NCBI RefSeq assembly: GCF_000400465.1
Contig: NW_008806277.1
Coordinates: forward strand, 300,001-362,000
DNA length: 62,000 bases
Direction of reading: 5' to 3'
From: Wallemia ichthyophaga EXF-994
Taxonomy: Eukaryota; Fungi; Basidiomycota
Part shown: positions 1-11,264 of the stretch, piece after piece
How positions within the stretch are numbered: position 1 is the first letter of the stretch
Layout: each line of letters begins with the position of its first letter
Program-made: the position numbers and the translations under genes
The notes under the pieces: model-generated
Databases searched by the model: none
Seen by the model: the letters and a program-made list of their open reading frames with translations, nothing else
Told to the model about the DNA's origin: nothing

Positions 1-1
1 T

Positions 2-2933
2 CGTAAAAAGCAAAAATCTACGAAGCCAACACAGTCAATACAGCCAACCCAACCAAATCAACCAATCAAATCAATCCAACCAAGGCTATTTGCTCCATTC
101 AGAGCTCTAGGATTCGTTACCAATGATATTCCCTTCAATATCCTATCTAGATCCACTAGAGACGCAAATAAATTATCTGCTCAGATTGTAACGTGCTTAG
201 GAAATAGCTGGGCTATGTGGGATCTTTCTACCATGCGCCTTCTCTTTGTTTCCCCAGATTGTGAAAATCCAATCAACTCTATTGCAAATGATGGTACATA
301 CGTTTATGTCTCTGCCGGTCCTCATTTGATCAAGTATAGTAGGGGTAAACAAATTTCTAAATTTGAATACCCTGAGCCTTCAGAACTGGGCACTATCACG
401 CTCTTCGGTAGTCAATTACTCGCACTCAGAGCTAATGGAAATGGTCTAATCGTTTTTGATAATCATTCAAATGCTAAATCAGAATTCTCACACGAGATTC
501 AATTCCCTTTCAATTTCACTGCCACTCAGATCCTCCATCCATCCACTTATCTCAATAAAATCGTTGTAGCATCTGCTCAAGGTGATTTACAGTTGTGGAA
601 TATAAGAACAAGATCACTCATTCACTCCTTCCAATCAACTCACCTTCGAAGAAGTCTTCCAAGGCCTTCTACAGAGGCTATTACTTCCCTCGAGCAATCT
701 CCTGCAATTGATGTTCTCGCCATTGGTTACTCTGACGGTCTAATTTCACTCTACGATATCAAATCTGATGAAGAACTCCTAAGAATGCGTATGGATGGCG
801 ATCTCTCCATCAATAGCATCACTTTCAGGACTGATGGTGAACATATCATGGCTACAGCCGCATCTAACGGTTACATAGCATTCTGGAATCTCAATGAAGG
901 TGGTAGATTAGTCAATGTGTTAAGAGACGCACACAGTGAATCTACATCCAAGATAGAGTTCCTACCAAATCAGCCAGTATTGATATCTTCCAGTGGCGAC
1001 AACAGCGTGAAAGTAGGTAACGTGCATATAATCCAACACAATTCTAACGACTATCCAAGCAATGGCTATTCGACTCGCCCAGCGTTCTCCCAAGACTGCT
1101 CAAGTTCAGAGCTGGTCATACTGCCCCACCACACCACATACGCTATTACGGTGAAGACGGAAAAACAATTCTCAGTGCTGGCAGAGATAACAGCTTGAGA
1201 TACATGAGTGTAGTAAGAGATTCGCGCAGTTTCGAAATGTCTCAGGGCTCACTCGCTAGAAAAGCTGCTCAACTCGCTCTACCAATGGCTGCGTTGAGGT
1301 TACCGCCCATTACATCACTCGCATTTGCGACGCAGAGATCTAAAGACTGGGATGACGTTCTTACCTCACATGCCGACAGTGCTGACTCCTACACTTGGCA
1401 TGTCCAAGATAAGAAACTTGGTAAGCACAAGCTGGTGATGGATGACGGCGTCGCTCGATCAGTCACTGTATCCGTGTGCGGTAATTACGGTCTCATCGGT
1501 ACAGATAAAGGTAAGATTAATCAATTCAATATGCAGTCGGGCATCAAGAGACGTGTACTGTCTATACAGAACAAGTACGAGAATAAAGATGCACTGGCTA
1601 TTTCAGGTGTCATCAGTGACGCTCTCAACACTACCATCGTCGCTAGTACATTGGATGGATTCCTCTATTTCTTCGATTTCCACAACGGCGCTCTCATCGA
1701 TACGCTGCAACTGCGTGGTGGTGTACACCAGTTGATTCTGCAGCGAGACAACGGAATAATGGCCGCCATATGCGCCGACAATGTCGTACGATTAGTAGAT
1801 ATCGAAACAAGACGTGTCGTTCGTGAATTTAGAGGATTCACAAAGAGGGTGTCTGACATCGTAAGTATGAGTTTGCATAATAGCTTATCTAACAAGACAC
1901 ACAAAGGCATTCTCCCCAGACTCTAAATGGCTCGTTGCATCATCGTATGACTGTATTATACGGACATACGATATTCCAACGGGGACGTTGGTTGATGCAT
2001 TCCGAGTGACCAGTCTGCCCACCTCCCTCACCTTCTCTCCTACAGGAGATTTCGTAGCGACGACGCACACTGATTCCGTCGGTATCTATCTATGGGCGAA
2101 CAAGACACAGCTGGTGGAGGTTCCACTGCGACCCATCTCCCAAACTGATGTCATCGACGTTGGACTCCCAACTATGCAAGGCGAAGTTGAGGATGAGGAG
2201 CTTGGTCAGTTGGAGAGTGAACCTATTGTGCAACATGCGCTCGGCGGTATCAAAGACCAATTAAGTGATGGATTGGTTACGCTGTCGACTATGCCTCGCA
2301 CTCGCTGGCAAACGTTGCTCAATTTAGATACAATTAGAGAGCGTAATAAACCAGCTGAACCAGTCAAGGCTCCTGAACAAGCACCTTTCTTCCTTCCGTC
2401 GCTTATGGATACGCAGAACAACACTTCTGGCGATAAGATGAGTATGGATGTGGATAAACAGGATACTCATCGCCTGGTTGAAGGTGCTCTCGGTATTGAG
2501 ACCCAGCTGTCGAAAATGTTACACTCCGCTCAATCTGATAAATGTGAGTTTAAATCGCGCCTTGTCGTTGATTCAGAATTTGATGACTAACCTAATCTAA
2601 CTTATCGCAGTGGATCAACTCTTCACCTACTTGCATGGAATAACACCCGCCAACAATGACGCAGATGTTAGATCATTGATGCCTGCAGATCTCGAACTCT
2701 TCTTGAAAGCATTGAGCGAGAGACTTGGTCAGCAGAAAGATTTCGATACTGTACAAGCACAGATGGGATTAGCTTTGAGAGTTCACGCGGATATCTTGTC
2801 ATCTGACAGCTCACTCAGAGAAAGTCTATCAAACTTAGCTCAGGCTCAGCGCAAAGAGTGTCACAGATTGTTCGATCTGACTAATTACTCACTTGGTGTG
2901 CTCAGCTTCGTTAGAGACATCCCACTGCAGTAG
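2..2933 (+). CDS. UTP21: U3 snoRNP WD40 protein Utp21 (5' partial, multi-exon)
   Basis: Frame from base 2 reads ...RLFAPFRALGFVTNDIPF, the Utp21 N-terminal signature. WD40 repeats follow across ORFs 215-1198, 1195-1926 and 1988-2590. The C-terminal Utp21 region has LSTMPRTRWQTLLNLDTIRERNKP..PEQAPFFLPS. Pieces are joined by GT-AG introns; stop TAG at 2931-2933. Confidence 0.9.
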
Positions 2934-3066
2934 AACCAGGCATTTGGCATTAGACAACGCGCAATAAACAAACAATAGACAAAAGACTTATTTATTCTGT
3001 AGCAGAAAAATATATGTTATAATTATTCGGGTAAACAATAGTAAATAAAATGCAATGTGTAACATG

Positions 3067-4324
3067 TCAACTTGGTTGCTGTTGTGTCGCCTTCCCCTCT
3101 TCTTCCTCATCCGACTCACTGTGAATATCTTCATCGTCATCTTCATCAAACAGCTTGCCCTGCTTCTTCCATCTACCATCTCCCTGTACTCTGTTGAATT
3201 GTTGTATGCTTGAATTCTTAATACGGCCTTGATTATCAACAGAATCTAACTCTTTCTGAGATGTCGGTCTCATTCTCAGCCATTGCATACGAGGTCCTGA
3301 TCTACTCTTTTCTGATATTCTGAAACCATATATCTTTGGTGTATATATCTTTGTAGCAGCTGGCTTGTAATGAGATTCAGCGATTGCTTGATAATCCACT
3401 GTGTCATCGTCGTTAACTGGTAGTACGATCGATGGTTGAAGATCCTTGTAGGTATGAAAAAGCAGATGAGGGAATGTAGTTCCGAAGAAAGAACCTTGGT
3501 GGGGCTGTGAGTGAAGTATTTAAGGACGCAATTAGCTCACCATCGACGCCTTGAAATCTAGAGCTTGGAGGTACGTAAATGTCCATGCAATTTGGACAGT
3601 ATAGCTTCACTGTATCAACTCCTGGTGTATCTGACCTTCCGCATGGAACAACAGGACAAGACTGACAGCAGAACCGAGGGCAGAATCCAAAGTGACCATT
3701 TTCGTATTTTTCAACCTGTCTGGAGTTAGGATTGTTAGGGCGTAGCTGCTTCTAGTGGCATACCATTTGCTGCAAACCAACTCTTGTAAGTATGAATCTG
3801 GCGTGGATGAGTCCGTAAAGCATTTCAGCGCTGTGTTCGACTATGGATACATCTGGTATTTTTAAAGATTCTTCTAAAGTGGATTAGTATTGAGAAGAGA
3901 GCAGGTTTTATCACGCTCACCTGGTTCAACGTCCAGTATCATCTCTAGAGCTTCCTAGTATGGATTTAGATGTGTAGCAATACGTAAGAACCTGTATCAC
4001 CTTATAAAATCCAACTATACCCGCTAATCCTGTCAAATTGAATTCGTCTTCGATAAAGTCCTCGGAAACTTCTGCAAAGTACTCGTGGCCAGCTGCTAAA
4101 GCATGAGGACTAGTACACCACACCGACGAACAATCTACGCACGTAATGAACAGAACCAGCTTATCCACGTTAAAGATGAAGTGCTCGTTGATTGCGGTGA
4201 TGATGAATCTATGGCCATTTAGCTTGTTTTAACGTACCTGAATAGCGCTCCCACCATAAACAATGGATTCAGGATTATTCTCCTCTAAGATTTCCATCTC
4301 TTCATCTGCTCTCTCGCCGGCCAT
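3067..4324 (-). CDS. CKB1: Casein kinase II regulatory (beta) subunit, multi-exon
   Basis: Spliced translation gives [31 protein letters not shown], the zinc-finger CPRFCC...KLYCPNCMDIY and PRMQWLRMRP. ATG at 4324, TGA at 3067-3069. Confidence 0.92.
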
Positions 4325-4456
4325 AGATATACCTAATCAAGGTGATAGTCGACGCGTACAAGAATTTTTAAAATATTCAAAACGACATTTAAAATAAATC
4401 ACAGGCTTAAAATGAAGTATTTATGTGTAAATAAGTCTGCAATTAGTCATACACGC

Positions 4457-5274
4457 TTAGAACTTGAGCTAGAAAGGGTTCATGTTAGTAAGGCACTCTT
4501 TACCACCAAAAAAAAAACCTACTTCGTGTGGGAATTCACCACGTGAGAGACCGAATGAAGCGTTGAGGTACTTGGTGAGACCGTCGACCTTCTTGATCTC
4601 AGCAAGGATGGCCTTGTCGACATTCTTTTGCTCTTGGGCCTTCTCAGCAGGGTACTGCTTCTTCTCAACCTTGTCACCGAAGAATGCCTCTTCCTTGGTG
4701 GCGTTCTTGACGGCTGGCTTAGCGAAGTAAGCGTCGTTGAGCTTTGATGACTGTAATCTTGTAAGCGAGTGAGAATTTTATACCAACATCAACTCACGTC
4801 AACAGCACCAACGTTGACCTTGGTAGAGGTAGCGATAACGTAGGCTTGGTTAACGCGACGGAGAGGGACACCGTTGACCTTGAAAGGACCAGTGACGAGC
4901 AAGAGACCAGAGTTGAGTTGCTTGAGGAAGACGACTCTCTTTCCTCTGAAGCGACCAGCCAATAAGATCAAGACGGTTCCCGGGGTGATAGATTCACGCA
5001 GCTTGGTTGGACGTTGGGCCTTACGTGCCTTGGTTGGAACGGCAACATCCTCAGATGGGTAGAAAGCGCGAGCCTTGGTGGTTGGGACTTGACGTTGACC
5101 ACCGTTCTTCGCGCCACCAACGGTCTTGGTCTTGGACTCAGCTTGAGCCTCCTTTTGAGGAGCAACACCCTTCTTTTGACCCTTGAAGAGACCACGCTTG
5201 GTGTAGAGTTGGGTGCGGGTGAGACGACCAACGTTCTTAGCGATAGGTCTTGATCTTTGTTGCAAGGAAACCAT
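4457..5274 (-). CDS. RPL6: 60S ribosomal protein L6 (eL6), multi-exon; start uncertain (5274, or 5325 with an extra intron)
   Basis: [29 protein letters not shown]...[23 protein letters not shown]; last exons give GEFPHE|LKF*, stop at 4457-4459. Confidence 0.95.
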
Positions 5275-5832
5275 TTGGGTCGAAGATGAATGTAAGCCTA
5301 CAAGCCACTTGTCGCCTCTTCTCATCTGATCAAATTTACTCAAAATTACAAAAAATTCCATAAACTTCAATATTCCCTATTTTATTGTGTTTATTTATTA
5401 ATCACAGCCTATGCCCTCTATTGGCTGTGTTTTTTATCTACTTTCTGCTGTCTTCTGTGTCGTTGCAGATATGTACACGATACACACACTGCAACTACAC
5501 AGATATCTATGTAAATTATAGCATACTTATATTCACAGCCGTAATATTAAGCTTATTTGGTACTTCTCCCTCTCTATCCACCTATTTTGTATGTCTTCTC
5601 TAATCTAACAGCGACGGTATAGCTTATGCAAAAGCGTGCATTCAAAACTTAATACAACTACAAGAGAGTTTTAAATGTATTTTACTACCCCAGGATCCTT
5701 TCGCCAGAAGTCAAACCATTTCTGACATGCTATCATAATCTGGCTAGAAACGACCAAAAATGTTAAAAATACTTTTCTAAAGCTAATCGGTGTAATGTGC
5801 AAATAAAAAAAGTTGACACTGATGCCAAAGTC

Positions 5833-5837
5833 AAAAA
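5833..5837 (-). terminator. Pol III terminator (T5) of tRNA-Met
   Basis: TTTTT on the minus strand 4 nt downstream of the tRNA discriminator base. Confidence 0.7.
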
Positions 5838-5841
5838 TCTA

Positions 5842-5946
5842 TGCTTCGGGGCGGAATCGAACCACCATTTCGGGATTTCGCCAATGTAGATTGGCTCATA
5901 GCGATAAACTATGAGACCCATGTACTAACCGTTATACTACCGAAGC
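5842..5946 (-). tRNA. tRNA-Met(CAT), elongator type, with a 33-nt intron at canonical position 37/38 (5877-5909)
   Basis: Minus strand folds as acceptor GCTTCGG/CCGAAGC-A, D stem GTA/TAC, anticodon arm TGGGT-CTCATA^A-TCCCG (T31:T39 as in yeast elongator Met) and T arm GGTGG-TTCGATT-CCGCC. Confidence 0.93.
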
Positions 5947-6713
5947 TCTTAATTCTTCATCTGCAAGTACAAAGTCATATCTTATCGCTTATAAGAGCCA
6001 ACTTACAATCTAACTAGGACTGTCTGATTCTTGAGAACAAAAGAAGGTATGTCTCCTTTTTTTGGCTGTCGTAGAGCTCTAACAGACAATGATCTCACAA
6101 ATTGAGTCATTGGCGCACCACAATCTGGAAATAAGGACAGCCTTCGATAATTTGAAGAAATTTATTTCTGTGATAACATTGCTGCATGCATATTCCCTTT
6201 GGGAATGTCCTTCCTAAGCCTTCACAGCACGAACGTTCAGCAGCTTTAAAGGCGCCTTATTTTAATGAGAAGTATGATAAAGTCGTTTTAAGCATGCTAA
6301 ACTATTTGGCTGGCTATTCTACCTCATAACAGCCAAAGTGACTACTCGGTTTACTCATCGACTCTCAAACACGCAACAACAGTGCGTGTTTCGGAAACAA
6401 AATACGTTTGGTAGTGGTATAATATTTATGCAGAATACACGAAACTTGAATGATTAATTAAGTAGTTTAACGAAGGAGTGGCGTGTCTTGTAGGTCGTGG
6501 GCCGTGAGTTGTGTTTCGATTTTAGTGTTTAACGTTCAGGGCTAGTCCAAGTGTCAGTTGATGAATTATATGCAAAAAAAAAAAAAAAAAGATCAGGTGG
6601 AAACGGTTGGTATGTTGTAAGTGTCTTGAGAAGCTTGCTGTTACGCAGCAACTCAACGTTATTAAACCCGAGCGCTAGTGTAACAGTGAAAAAAAAAGTC
6701 AAAATATCCAAAT

Positions 6714-9700
6714 TTAAGATGAGCGGGGAGGTGCCTCAGGTTTAGGCGAAGTGGGAGACTTGGGTGAAGTCGATGGCAGCTCAGTCTCGAGTATTTCCTT
6801 CCTGAGTGCCTCACCATCTTCTTCACTCTCGATGCGCTCCTCGTTGAGAAAAGCAATACCTTTCCTGAATATCTCACCCTCTTCAAACAACTGACTGCGA
6901 CCAAGATCTGACGTCGGACTCTTCACTTCTTCGCCATTCAAAGCAGGTTTCGGCGTCGACTCATCATCCTGCTTATCTATTTCAGTGCTAATTTCTAGCT
7001 TAGGCTTTGGTGGTAATTGCTTCAAACTCCCACCTTCACCACCGATGGATGTAGACTCTGGGTCAGCGTCGGTCTCAACATCCGAGTCATCAGATCCCAT
7101 AATTTGAAATTGGGGATTAGACATCTCATCATTGAGACTCAAACTTCTAGCTCTGTTGTGATTTGACTTTTTCGGCTGCAAAAATGCTGCACCCTGAGCC
7201 TGTTGACGTGCCAATATTGCATTCTGCTCTGACAACTTCACAGAATCCTCGATACGTCCGTTTAAGCCGGCAAGCTGATCATTCAGACTGAGAGCAAGGT
7301 TAATTTCATTCTCGTTCTCAATCAACTCCTCTCCGATCAACTCCATCAACCGATCTTTCAATGCCTTCACTTCGAGACGACGTTCGTGAATGTAGGTCTG
7401 AAGCGCTGCCAGCTTGTCTTCATTTCCAGGCTCTTTTTCCCGTTCATCGAATATCTCTGTGAAGATTTTGAGTATTTCTTGCGATACGACTAGCGTCTCC
7501 TGCGGTGTCTGGTTCCACACACGTGCTCGCGCTATACCTTCCGGACTCTCGGCTGCTGCTACGACTGCTGCCGTGGACTGCTGTACCTCAGCCTCTTGCA
7601 GTTTCTTCGCTAAGACTGAGCGCTGGATTGGTCCGAAAAGATTCTTTGATTTGCCCGATTTCTCCTGCGCTGCTTCCGTGTTACGGATGCATGACTGCAG
7701 TATATCTTGACTGAGGTTCGCCATGTCAGGGTCGTTGATTGGTATGCTAATGTCGAGACATCTGATTGAGTTATTCATTTTCACGGCGACAGAGAGTGCG
7801 AGCAAGCCCGACATAGTGAGATTATTGTCGGTGAGATCCTTTACACGGTCAGTAACATACTCAGCCGTACAAAGAAAGCTACCCACCACATGTAGCAGTG
7901 TTTTGGCTTCAGGGAGAAACTCGGCTAAAGCGATTGCACCTTCAGATTGCAACTGTGTGTCTGCAAGGAACAACCTCTTCATGTTCGAGTTGACCGCGAA
8001 GGATGTCCGCAGTGATGTGATCTAGGCGACGTTAGTTTTTTTTTTTTTTTGGTAAAAGTAGGTCCCTTACGCCATCTGCCTCAGGACCACAGCAAGGATT
8101 TTTGCTCAAATCGAGTGTTTCTAGAGTTGTATTATGTTTCTAGGCTTCAATTAGCATAATCTAACACCAACATTCGTTGCTCACCAATGCTTCAGAAATT
8201 GATAAGAGACCCCTATAATCAATCCTGTTCTCGCTCAGGTTGAGCACCTTGAGTGTCTTGTTACGCTTCAGTACAGTAGCAATATAATTGACGCTGGAGC
8301 GAATATCATTCCCTTTAAGATCAAGGGTGATCAAACCACTGCCAATATCAACTCTCGGCTGTGGGGGTACTTCCACCTTGTCTTGTGAATCTTCAAGACG
8401 TCGTGAGATGAAGTGGCTCTCGATATTTCCGTCTTGACTGTCCTCCTTCTGACCTGTCTGCTCATTATGCTGAATACTTGGAATTATGCGCGTGGTCACA
8501 CTGCCAGATGGACTTGATATGACAGGTGTCTCCTTCTCATCGTCCTCTAGTTTACTGCGCTGCCTGAAGTTGAAATTCTGGAGGAATGACATGCTATTTC
8601 TGTAACTGTTGTTCCTATTCGTGGCAAGGTCAGGTCGCCGTGGTGCTTGGGGAGGAGATGATTTGCTGAAAGGGTCACTGCTTAGCGATTCAGTGGTCGA
8701 AGGGTCGACGTAGTCTTTGAGCATCAATGCGAGCGAGACGACGCCGTTGCTGGATATCTTATTGCGTCGGAGCGAAAGATGCATTAATGCAGAGTTCTTC
8801 ATCCCCTGCGCTGTTATGTAATTGGTTAAATTGAGCTAGACTCTCCAACGCAAACCCACCTATGGCTTCTAATGCACCAGATTTAAACGTACACCCCTCC
8901 AAACGGACGGTGCTGATATTGCTATGGGTGTATTGACTGTATCGCAAGAGCGCGGGCGAGGGGATGAGAGGTTGGTCTTGGGCGTGTGAGCTATGAGCTA
9001 TTAAGGCTATCATATCATGCCCACCTTTATCATGCTCCTGATGCTGATCCTGCACCCGCTGCTGGCGTTCTTCATCTTTCAGTTCCTCTTTTTCGGGTCT
9101 AGCAAGAGCAGACATGAGCATTTCGGCGCTCTTCTTATCAAATATATTCTCCGACAAGTCAATATAAGTGAGGTGTTGTGCCTATGCATCAAATCAGCAA
9201 GTGTGAACCATCTAATAACTAACCCACCCTCTTCATAAACATAGACAGTAATTTCCACCCCTTCTCCTTGATCATCTTGTTATTGGCAATACTAAGCCAG
9301 GGCAGTTCTGCCGAGATAAGAAGAGCATGCAGCACCGGCTTCAACGACTCATCAACCAACCCTATATCTTCGAGAATGAGCCGTTGGAGTCCCCACCGTA
9401 TGCTGAGAACATCAGCAAGCGGCTCTAAGTTCTCCTTGAACAGATGCACACCTGAGAGATCGAGTGTACGGCCTGATTCGCGCATAAGCGCGGCTGAACG
9501 CAGCTGTTCAATGATCTCGGCGCGTGGAATCTCCTCGCGCAATCTGCAGGCATCCCTGTAAATTTGAATGAGTTGCGCGCCTTCGTCTGCGGTCCAATAG
9601 GAGAAGTCGTGAACACTATCGGTGTGTCTGTATTCGGCCTCGACTTGGGCGCGATGGGCGCGAGAGTCAGCAGGAGGAAGTGCCGCGTGAATGGGGTATG

Positions 9701-10208
9701 TAACAGACATGCTTGGGACGTGGAAGCTAACTCGCTTAATTGATTCGTGGGGTGGATGATGAGTAGCTGTGGGCTGTGAGGCATGTGTGGGTGGTGCGCT
9801 TGTATTTTCTGTAGGCGTAACCTGCTGCTGCAGCTTATTAGGGATAGACTTTGCAGTGTCTATCGCCTCTGCTGGTCCTTCAGATAGGAGCTTCTTGAAA
9901 CCGCCCCAGAAAGTGCTGTCCTGTGAATTATGGTGGCTCTGTTGCGGCTGCGGTTTTGGCTGTGGCTGTTGCTGCAAATGCTCATCGTCGCCTGCTCTGC
10001 TCAACTTCTCGAACAAGTCGTTGATGGGATTCAAGGTGAAGGGGAAACGCGACGACGGTGGTGGTGGGCTCTTGAGGATACCTTTCTTTGGAATTTGCTT
10101 ATTCGCCGGAGTATTTTCATTATTTATCCCGCTCATATCTGCATTCGGCGCTGCTTTAAACCTTCTCAATCGATGATCCTCGCTGTGTTTCATCAAAAGA
10201 CATTTCAT
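6714..10208 (-). CDS. RNI-like leucine-rich-repeat protein, probable PP1 regulatory subunit (Mhp1/PPP1R37-like); start uncertain (10208/10193/10136)
   Basis: LRR motifs LDLSGVHL, LSIANNKMI, LSLRRNKIS, LDLKGNDIR, LNLSENRID, LFLADTQL and LDISIP lie over ORFs 9219-10208, 8759-9157, 8161-8802 and 6714-7982, joined by introns. N-terminal KGILK and KRVSF motifs are present. Confidence 0.75.
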
Positions 10209-10323
10209 GACAACTATTCAAAAAATTCTAACAAATACATCAAACGTATGCTATCCTGTTCTCCCAGGCATATCGCATAGTGAACGGCTCCTTGGCGAAC
10301 TCTGCGCTGGACACTGGCAGCAC

Positions 10324-10371
10324 CGTTGGACACACTCCACTTATTGACTTATATGTGGAGTGTGTCTAACG
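10324..10371. repeat. 17-bp inverted repeat (one G:T wobble) with a 14-nt loop
   Basis: CGTTGGACACACTCCAC (10324-10340) ... GTGGAGTGTGTCTAACG (10355-10371). Confidence 0.9.
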
Positions 10372-11240
10372 ACAAAGGTACCTTAAGTTTTCTTCCGTCT
10401 TAATTTGTACAAGGACTCGCTATCAACGTCGTAGGCTCTCGAAAAGCTCAAATATCTAAGCTTTCGTTTGGTTGGCGGAGTATAGCGAGAATGATAGCAA
10501 TTAGATCATTGCAACAAATTGTCTCTCAACTTGGCTGATTTCTCGTGCTTTTTTTATCGTAATTGGTGATGTCAGCGAACATGAGCGAGATTTAATCAGG
10601 GCTGAACGTCCAAAAGATTATACAACCACAACATTAATATTGTCTTCAAATCTGCGCTCATTTCTACCACCGACGCGTACCTTATGTTCTCGAAACATAA
10701 TCTACACCTACAGAGCTGATGAAGATAGTTACGATGATACAAATGAGGTGGGTAAAGATAGCTCGCGATACACCGGTAAGAACGAATATGAGTATTATGA
10801 TTGAATGGGTCTCTTCATCTACTTGTCTTTATGTTTCTTAAAAACTTTTCTCGCTCTTCGATAAGCATTAATTGTAGCCACGTCGCACTATAAAACTGTG
10901 TACCTTTGATATCTCATCGAGTTCATGTCTCTCTAGCAGCGTGTGCGAATTTATCAAAATGAGATATGCCGATACACTGTCTCAGTATCTCAAACATCAG
11001 CTTGAAATGAGTCCAAGTAATATATGCTAAAATTCATGCAAATGATACTCCAACGACTCCTGTGAAACAATGTCCGAATTTGAAATCTGAAATTGATCGT
11101 CACTTGGGCCTCGGAGAATTAAGCATGATCCATGCTCATTCCCTTTCTTATAGCAGCTGTTGCTGCTTTTAGTGCTACGAACAGCCCAATGAGTCATTTA
11201 TATCTCTGTATCAGTTTTTGAGGTGATCAACGCAGCTCAG

Positions 11241-11264
11241 CAATTACTCAATTACTCAATTACT
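11241..11264. repeat. Tandem 8-mer (CAATTACT)x3
   Basis: Read directly from the sequence. Confidence 0.9.

Noticed and set aside
5385-5603. 72-aa hydrophobic ORF upstream of RPL6
   Set aside because: Starts at GTG in AT-rich promoter DNA; composition is explained by T-richness.
6575-6590. Long poly-A/poly-T runs (also ~8039-8050, ~4507-4516, ~61280-61290)
   Set aside because: Simple homopolymers in introns or UTRs with no flanking duplication to suggest retro-insertion.
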